NCBI GenBank assembly: GCA_965205015.1
Contig: OZ242029.1
Coordinates: 1,504,001-1,568,000 of the forward strand
Direction: 5' to 3'
DNA from: Candidatus Poribacteria bacterium
Lineage (GTDB): Bacteria > Poribacteria > WGA-4E > WGA-3G
Length of the DNA stretch: 64,000 nt
The position numbers and the translations under genes were made by a program. The notes below the pieces were generated by a model. The model did no database searches, was not told the origin of the DNA, and saw only the letters and a program-made list of their open reading frames with translations. Shown here piece after piece: positions 57,671-64,000 of the stretch (positions within the stretch are counted from its first letter, which is position 1; each line of letters opens with the position of its first letter).

Positions 57671-60600
57671 ATGAAAAACAACGATATTCAACTCATCCAA
57701 CGCGTCCTTGCTGGCGATGATGATGCCTTCTCCGCGCTTGTGAAAAAATATCAAAAGCAGGTTCACGCCCTCGCATGGCGGAAAATCGGAGATTTCCACA
57801 TCGCGGAGGAGATTACACAGGACACATTCCTGAAGGCATACAAGAGACTTCCAACACTGAAGAAGCCTCAACGCTTTGTGAGTTGGCTTTATGTGATTGC
57901 GGCGAATTGCTGTAGTTCATGGCTCCGAAAAAAACGGTTGTGGACCCAGCCGTTGGAGCAGTTGGAGGAAACGGACAACGAACAGCAACAAAAAGCGACA
58001 TATTCTGGGTATGTCGTTGAAGAAAACGAGCGTATCGCCGTCGCTGCACAACGCGATGTCGTCAAAAAGTTGCTGGCGAAACTTCAAGAAAGTGAACGCA
58101 CAGTTATCACGCTTCACTACTTCGGCGAGATGTCGTGTACAGAGATTGGCGCGTTTTTAGGGGTATCCGCAAATACGATCAAGAGTCGCCTCCGTCGTGC
58201 ACAGCAGCGTTTAAAAAAGGAGGAACCGATGATCAGAGAAGCCTTAGATAACTTCCACATCACGCCGAATCTCACGGAAAACGTTATGCGGGAAATCGCA
58301 CGTATCAAACCTATGACACCTTCCAATAGCAAACCGATCATGCCGTGGGCAATTGCGGCTTCCACGATTGCAGTGGTCTTGTTGATGTTAGGCATCGGAA
58401 CCCATCAATACTTAGGACGTTTCCAAAAACCGTACAGTTTCGATGCAACTTCAGAAATGACGATCGAACTCATTGAGGCACCGATTGTGCTGAACCTCGC
58501 GTCTAAAACGGATAAGCGAACACACCTCGGAAATCCAGAGGCACTCAATCAGAACAGGACCCCTGAACGGAAACCTAACGATACCGCAGCGTTATATGCC
58601 GAAGCACAAACGGATGAAACAACCGAAGATTACGCAAAGTGGGAACTCCCGAAAGCGGCGAAAGCGCGTTTGGGAAAGGGTGGAATCAATGTGATTCAAT
58701 TCTCACCAGATGGTTCGCAACTTGCAATAGGTAGCAATATCGGTGTGTGGCTTTATGATGTGGAGACAGGTAAAGAAATATCCCTGTTCGCAGGCATGTG
58801 TCAATCCCTCACATTTTCGCCCGATGGCCGTTACCTTGCTAATGGTGGTGGTCTGTATAGAACAACCGAAATCCAAGTGTGGGAAACAGCGACCGGGCGC
58901 AGAGTCCCATCCGTTAGGGGACTCTCTCCTGCCTCAGCGTTGCGGTTTTCCGTAGATGGCAAAATGCTGATTAGCTTGAGCAGTTGGGGGAATACAATCC
59001 ACCGGTTGGACATTGAAACTGGGCAAGAAAATGGAAAACATCTTGAAGAACGACAATCTGACTCGGAGGAACGTTATTCTGAAGCCCATGCGATCACGCA
59101 CGATAAGGTTGCAATTGGAGGCTGGAATGGGGAGATTCAGTTATGGGACATAACAACAGGGAAAAAATTATTCACCCTCAGGGGACATGCAGATTTATCC
59201 GATCAATCCTTAGGCGCGCCTTCACGCTTACCCCTACCACCGCGGCCTTTTCAGAATCAAAAATATGTCTTAGCGTTGGCATTTTCACCCGATGGCACCC
59301 GGCTCGCTAGCGGAAGTAAGGATACAACCGTTCGATTATGGAGTACCATCAGCGAGAAATCGATTCTCCTCCAAAAACATACAGGTTGGACAAACGTGTT
59401 GGCATTCTCTCCAGACGGAACAATGCTTGCCAGCGGGAGTACCGATAAAACGGTGCAGTTATGGGACACGGCTACGGGGGGTCCGCTCGCAACACTGACT
59501 GGGCATCTCAACGGTATTACTGCTTTGGCGTTCTCATCAGATGGTACTATACTCGCAAGTGGGAGTACTGATGGCACAGTCCGATTTTGGAAGACAGAAA
59601 ATGGGGATCCGCTATCCACCCCTATCACTGGACATACAGCGTGGGTAAAAGCAGTTGCTTTCTCTAAAGAGAGTTCCACACTTGCGAGTGTGGCATTTAA
59701 CGGTGCAATTACTTTTTGGGATGTGAAGACCTCGCAAAAAACCTCTCACCAAATTAGAGGACATCGCGATTGGTTATCAACCTTAGCGTTTTCACCTGAT
59801 GGCACAAAACTCGCCAGCATTGGTGCTGAAAGTACTATGGTCATAGGATTTAGTAGGACGGTAAACCCAGATTCTCTCGTTCGTTTGACGGATGTCCACA
59901 CGGGAAACGAAGTCGCAACTTTGAAAGACAAGAAGGGGGTCTCAAATCTCACATTTTCGCCCGATGGCAAAACCGTAGCCTTCAGCAATCACGGCAACAT
60001 CCGCTTATGGAACACGGAAACAGGTAACCATCTTGATATTTCTCTCTTAGATCAGAACGATGTTCACAAGACATCCCTCAGGGAGCGTGTGAACATCGAG
60101 ATACATGCTAATGATGATTCCGTAATACCACAAGGGATCGCAATACCACCAGGAATGAGACCCCACCAACTGCCACGAATCAGTGCTTTGGTATTCTCAC
60201 CTGACGGGACAAGACTTGTCAGTGCAACGATGGCGGGAAGTGTGCAGATGTGGGATCCAGAGACTGGGATTGAACTGACCTCCTTCGTAGCGCAGGATTC
60301 AGACGGGGCAAAACATGAAGTGAAAGACGGGGGGATGGTAGTGACAACCACATATAAAGATCCCATTTCCGTGTTGGCATTCTCTCCAAATGGTAAACTG
60401 CTTGCTGCAGGCAGTCACCAACAGATTCGCTTGTGGAACATGGAAACTGGCAATTGGGGAAAAGGCATTATTTCAATTGACGCGCATAAAGACGGCAGGG
60501 AAGTTTTTCACGGTTGTGAAGCGCTGGTGTTTTCGCCAGATGATACGATGCTTGTGAATGGTGACGGAAACGGCAGAATCCAGCTATGGGATATAGCAAC

Positions 60601-60760
60601 GGGAAATGAACTTGTCCCCCTCAATGGACACATGAAAGGAGTAGGGACGTTGAAATTTTCGCCCGATGGCAAAACACTCGTCAGCGCAGGACAGGACGGC
60701 ACAATTCTTCTGTGGGATTGGGATGAAATCCTTCAAGGATCCTCTACGTTGAAGGAATGA
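57671..60760 (+). CDS. ECF sigma-70 factor fused to TM segment and WD40 beta-propeller repeats
   Basis: Sigma regions 2 and 4; hydrophobic WAIAASTIAVVLLMLGIG; many LAFSPDG..LASGS.D.TVRLW repeats. Confidence 0.9.
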   Translation: MKNNDIQLIQRVLAGDDDAFSALVKKYQKQVHALAWRKIGDFHIAEEITQDTFLKAYKRLPTLKKPQRFVSWLYVIAANCCSSWLRKKRLWTQPLEQLEETDNEQQQKATYSGYVVEENERIAVAAQRDVVKKLLAKLQESERTVITLHYFGEMSCTEIGAFLGVSANTIKSRLRRAQQRLKKEEPMIREALDNFHITPNLTENVMREIARIKPMTPSNSKPIMPWAIAASTIAVVLLMLGIGTHQYLGRFQKPYSFDATSEMTIELIEAPIVLNLASKTDKRTHLGNPEALNQNRTPERKPNDTAALYAEAQTDETTEDYAKWELPKAAKARLGKGGINVIQFSPDGSQLAIGSNIGVWLYDVETGKEISLFAGMCQSLTFSPDGRYLANGGGLYRTTEIQVWETATGRRVPSVRGLSPASALRFSVDGKMLISLSSWGNTIHRLDIETGQENGKHLEERQSDSEERYSEAHAITHDKVAIGGWNGEIQLWDITTGKKLFTLRGHADLSDQSLGAPSRLPLPPRPFQNQKYVLALAFSPDGTRLASGSKDTTVRLWSTISEKSILLQKHTGWTNVLAFSPDGTMLASGSTDKTVQLWDTATGGPLATLTGHLNGITALAFSSDGTILASGSTDGTVRFWKTENGDPLSTPITGHTAWVKAVAFSKESSTLASVAFNGAITFWDVKTSQKTSHQIRGHRDWLSTLAFSPDGTKLASIGAESTMVIGFSRTVNPDSLVRLTDVHTGNEVATLKDKKGVSNLTFSPDGKTVAFSNHGNIRLWNTETGNHLDISLLDQNDVHKTSLRERVNIEIHANDDSVIPQGIAIPPGMRPHQLPRISALVFSPDGTRLVSATMAGSVQMWDPETGIELTSFVAQDSDGAKHEVKDGGMVVTTTYKDPISVLAFSPNGKLLAAGSHQQIRLWNMETGNWGKGIISIDAHKDGREVFHGCEALVFSPDDTMLVNGDGNGRIQLWDIATGNELVPLNGHMKGVGTLKFSPDGKTLVSAGQDGTILLWDWDEILQGSSTLKE

Positions 60761-60825
60761 TATCCATCTACCGTCAGTTGCCAAACCAATGAAACGGAAA
60801 CTTCTTTCTGACTGCTGATGGCCAC

Positions 60826-61926
60826 TTAAAACCTGATTCTGAGGGAGATGCGATGGCTGCCGCCTAACGCCGGGTGATTGGCAAACGCATAGTCTAACCC
60901 CGCACCTGCCCCTGTAACGAATCGGAGGTTCAATCCAACTCCTGCTGTCAGTTGGCGGACACTTTCAAGACTTCCACTCCGTTCCGCTACTCCAATCCGT
61001 AAGGCAAGCAAGTCGAAAAGTGTCCACTCGGCACCCGCATGTAACTCAACAGGACTCCCCTGTGGTGTCTCAGATTTGGTCCCTGAGCCCCCCCGATTTT
61101 GGATGTAGGTATCCAGTGCAAAGATAAGCGTGCTTCGGAAGATAGGGAGTGCATGTATTGTGGCGATCCCAACTTTCAGCTGCGGCAGTATCGTTTCGGT
61201 GTGAGACGTAAGATCCGTCGATGGGGGTGGTGTATTCCAATAGAGTTTCGTCGTGAAGGCATCACTCGCCTGAAGTCCGAGCATGAGTTGATGCGATTTT
61301 TCGGGATTTGTCATTGCGATGATACCGAGGTCTGCCCCGCCACCGATGGCATTTGTGCTTCGATACCCACTCATATAGAGGAGCTTGAGCGTCCCACCAA
61401 GCCGTAAATTAATACCACGGAAAGCTGGCAGTCTCCAACCATAAGCGAAGAGGAAGGCGTTATCAGTGTTGTTAAAAGACCCGACGACCTCTGGGCGGTT
61501 TGTGGGTCCAACGGGACGGCTGACCACGGGTAGGCTGGTAATAGGGATGTCGTCAACGCCAACGCGGAGCCAGCTGACCCCGATTGCACCACGCTTTTTG
61601 AGTGGATGACTTTTGTCTTGCAAGTTTCGGTTTGCAAGCGGCACCACAAACCCGACAAAATCGTAAGCATCCTCCCCATTGAGCGTGGAGTGCATGAAAC
61701 TGACTTCATATCGAGTGAGCTGTCCCAATCCAGCAGGATTCCAATAGGGTGCGTAAGCATTGTCGCTCAAGGCAGTCCCTGCACCGCCCATAGCAAGTGC
61801 ACGGGCTCCAACCCCAAGTGTTAGGAAATCAGCTGTGTATCTTGCCTCAACAGATTGGAGAGCGACCACGCAGAACGTAGTTACACATACAAGAAAATAG
61901 AAGATAGTTTTTTTAAGATATTTCAT
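60826..61926 (-). CDS. PorV/FadL-like outer-membrane beta-barrel
   Basis: Signal peptide; FLTLGVGARALAMGGA..YWNPAGL; terminal HRISLRIRF. Confidence 0.8.
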   Translation of the reverse strand: MKYLKKTIFYFLVCVTTFCVVALQSVEARYTADFLTLGVGARALAMGGAGTALSDNAYAPYWNPAGLGQLTRYEVSFMHSTLNGEDAYDFVGFVVPLANRNLQDKSHPLKKRGAIGVSWLRVGVDDIPITSLPVVSRPVGPTNRPEVVGSFNNTDNAFLFAYGWRLPAFRGINLRLGGTLKLLYMSGYRSTNAIGGGADLGIIAMTNPEKSHQLMLGLQASDAFTTKLYWNTPPPSTDLTSHTETILPQLKVGIATIHALPIFRSTLIFALDTYIQNRGGSGTKSETPQGSPVELHAGAEWTLFDLLALRIGVAERSGSLESVRQLTAGVGLNLRFVTGAGAGLDYAFANHPALGGSHRISLRIRF

Positions 61927-61934
61927 TTTTGGGG

Positions 61935-62066
61935 TTATCCGTTATCGGTTTTCAGTTAAAGAGGTATGTTGTGTCAGCAAAGTTTCCTGTGATGACTACA
62001 AGGAATCTCTTACCGACGACTGACAACTGAAAGGATTTTTTTCGAAAAAATCCGAACTGACAACCA
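61935..62066. repeat. Family B heptamer element
   Basis: TTATCGGTTTTCAGTTAAAGAGG...CTCTTACCGACGACTGACAACTGA-AAGGATTTT..AAAAAATCCG. Confidence 0.7.
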
Positions 62067-64000
62067 TTAACGCAATTTCATCATTTTGAGTATTTCGGTT
62101 ATATCTTTTTCACCCTCGCGCTGGATTCGGAGTTTAGCATAGTAAACGCCATTTGCAACCTCAACGCCATCCGCATCTCTGCCATCCCATTCCACCATGA
62201 GAAACCCAGGCGTTGCTGGCAGGGAAAGTTCCCGGATCAGCCTTCCACTCAGCGTATAGATTTTCACAACAAGTGAGTCAGCAGGGGCTGTGAGTTCGCA
62301 AGTGAGCGTTGTTTTGCGCGGAAAAGGATTTGGATAGTTAAGAAACGATAGCAGTTGCAAAGCGTCGTGGACTCGAAATGTGATCTGTTTTGTATCCATA
62401 TTTCCATGGACATCGCTTGCAGTGAGGCGAACCTCATATTCTCGCGGTTCAAGCTCCGGAGACGGATATGTCACAACGAGTTGATTTGAGCCGGGATGAT
62501 GTGTCACTTGATACGCCTCTGGATCAATACGTTCATACTCACCGAACGCATCGCCGATTTCCAGCAACAGTGGACGGGTGAGGTAATCAAGCCCACTCAA
62601 GTCAGTCAATGTTGCCCCGATGAGCGGTTCCGAATCGGTTGCGTCCCCTGGCACAAAGTGTTGTTGATTGGCAATAGTGAGTTGTATATCTGGTGGCACG
62701 GTATCGTCAGTATACAACAGCGTAATCGGTCCGAGTCGATCCGTTGTCGCTCGAATCGTGCCGACAGATCGGGTTTGAAAGCGAAATCTATCACCCGGGG
62801 TAAAGGAACGTTCGCCTTGTGTGAGTTGAAACCGCAAGCCGTAGGGCTTATATGAGAAGGGTTCTCCGACTGTTCCACGCAACGGTTGGTTTCCATCAGT
62901 TTGGGAACGCAAAATGCCGGTTCTCTCACCTTCCACCTGGAAAAGACGATCCGTCAGGAAGAAGATAATCCATCTATCCTCCGGCATCGTAGTGTCCGGC
63001 GGAAGTTCAATGTAACTGATGGTACCCGTGCCTCGGTTGGTGTCCCTGAATCCAGACGCATACCAACGCTGCTGTTGTTGCGGGGTATCGAGATCAGGCT
63101 CAACATCCGGGGGTTGTATCAGAGAAGTTATGTTGAATGTTAGGATATCCCCGAATGCAAAAGGTTTTTCAAAATTGAGTTCTACATTAAGCGAGAAGCC
63201 GTGTCTGAAGCTTGGCAAGTCTGTCGTAAAGTTTCCAAGCTGCTCTGCGGATGCGATAACTTCCAATGGCTCGAGTGCCTGCGTATCATCTATTGAAGGC
63301 GCAAGGAAAAGCCGATAGGTTTGAGGACCTGTAAAGAAGAGGACGTATTTACCGGTCCGAGTGCCTTCGGACTGGATACGGACATCGCGAAGTGTACTTT
63401 CCCCAAAGTTTTCCTCACTCACATTTGTTATGTGTATCTGCTGCTGTAACGCGCCTGTAGTATCAACAAGTTGTTGAGAAGGAAGCCTCGTCCAATTTCC
63501 GAGCGTTGAGTTAAACATATAGATGCCCAACTCACGTGCGCGGGATGCGAGGGCGGTGTTAATTGTATCTGCAACCCCAAATTCATCGGGCATTTCTTCT
63601 AAAGGTGTCTCTTCGGATTCGATACCGCCCAAGAGTTCTCGCGTGAGTTGTGTTCTGAGTGCACCGAGATCGAAACTTAAGTCGATCGCCACCGGTGCGG
63701 TAAGTTTAAGGGGTGTCGGATCTCGGAAACCGTTGGATGCTGTGCTGAGAGTTGACTGCTGCCCACTGATGGTTACTATTTCATAGCCGTAAGCAGAAAT
63801 CCCAGGGAGCGGTGCCCGCTTGGACATTTCCTCAGATTCATTGGGCGCTGAGGGTTTCGACGTTGTGGTAAGAGAACCCATCCCTATCGCCGCGAACTCT
63901 CGTTCATCTAAGGCACGGGCTGCCAGTACTGCTGTTTCTTGGAAACCACCAGGCGGAACAGTGATAATGCAGTTCCGATCCAAACTGGTAATCTGACTCG
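62067..64000 (-). CDS. Large protein with C-terminal T9SS type A/FlgD-like sorting domain (5'-truncated by window edge)
   Basis: DTVPPDI..Ig-like; NYPNPF..VKIYTLSGRLIREL..WDGRDADG..ANGVYY; frame appears open to window end. Confidence 0.75.
   Translation of the reverse strand, partial: SQITSLDRNCIITVPPGGFQETAVLAARALDEREFAAIGMGSLTTTSKPSAPNESEEMSKRAPLPGISAYGYEIVTISGQQSTLSTASNGFRDPTPLKLTAPVAIDLSFDLGALRTQLTRELLGGIESEETPLEEMPDEFGVADTINTALASRARELGIYMFNSTLGNWTRLPSQQLVDTTGALQQQIHITNVSEENFGESTLRDVRIQSEGTRTGKYVLFFTGPQTYRLFLAPSIDDTQALEPLEVIASAEQLGNFTTDLPSFRHGFSLNVELNFEKPFAFGDILTFNITSLIQPPDVEPDLDTPQQQQRWYASGFRDTNRGTGTISYIELPPDTTMPEDRWIIFFLTDRLFQVEGERTGILRSQTDGNQPLRGTVGEPFSYKPYGLRFQLTQGERSFTPGDRFRFQTRSVGTIRATTDRLGPITLLYTDDTVPPDIQLTIANQQHFVPGDATDSEPLIGATLTDLSGLDYLTRPLLLEIGDAFGEYERIDPEAYQVTHHPGSNQLVVTYPSPELEPREYEVRLTASDVHGNMDTKQITFRVHDALQLLSFLNYPNPFPRKTTLTCELTAPADSLVVKIYTLSGRLIRELSLPATPGFLMVEWDGRDADGVEVANGVYYAKLRIQREGEKDITEILKMMKLR

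Noticed and set aside
1-64000. rRNA, tRNA or known riboswitch
   Set aside because: No cloverleaf, rRNA signature or recognisable aptamer seen by eye; an Rfam or tRNAscan run would be needed to exclude them

Overview
Bacterial genomic window, very probably from a Candidatus Poribacteria-like genome. This is inferred from LamG proteins ending in '(D/T)K(I/V/L)A(T/A)xWG.(I/V/L)K', giant ECF sigma fusions, FGE-domain and FRG-TPR proteins, and PorV plus CTD-bearing cargo. No rRNA, tRNA or CRISPR array was seen. The most notable locus is at 3.1-24.7 kb. An ECF sigma factor is fused to an M61-like peptidase/PDZ module whose zinc-binding and catalytic residues are all lost (HEICH..E becomes YMVCC..A). 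Two sigma-less paralogs with intact HEXXH..E follow it directly. A near-identical ECF-type promoter block (TGCAACC-N17-CGACAT) precedes both this sigma gene and a second gene run: double alpha/beta-hydrolase, 2x LamG, and 2 pairs of ATPase-less ABC permeases. This suggests a pseudo-peptidase-sensor sigma regulon. The window also holds a tnpB-only IS200/IS605 element with a rearranged (Fanzor-like) RuvC-II, a Rieske/cytochrome b pair, a type II R-M pair, and an FRG-TPR-TRD plus ABC-ATPase/HEPN putative defence pair. Further on are shuffled FGE-domain proteins, pilD/pseudopilin, an NtrY/NtrX-like pair, pgi, a peptidoglycan-recycling cluster (serine hydrolase, namZ, anmK), an ECF-TM-WD40 sigma and T9SS-like genes. 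At least three small dispersed repeat families occur, and several copies lie in-frame inside genes or supply translation starts. All calls come from visual motif reading only; no searches were run.
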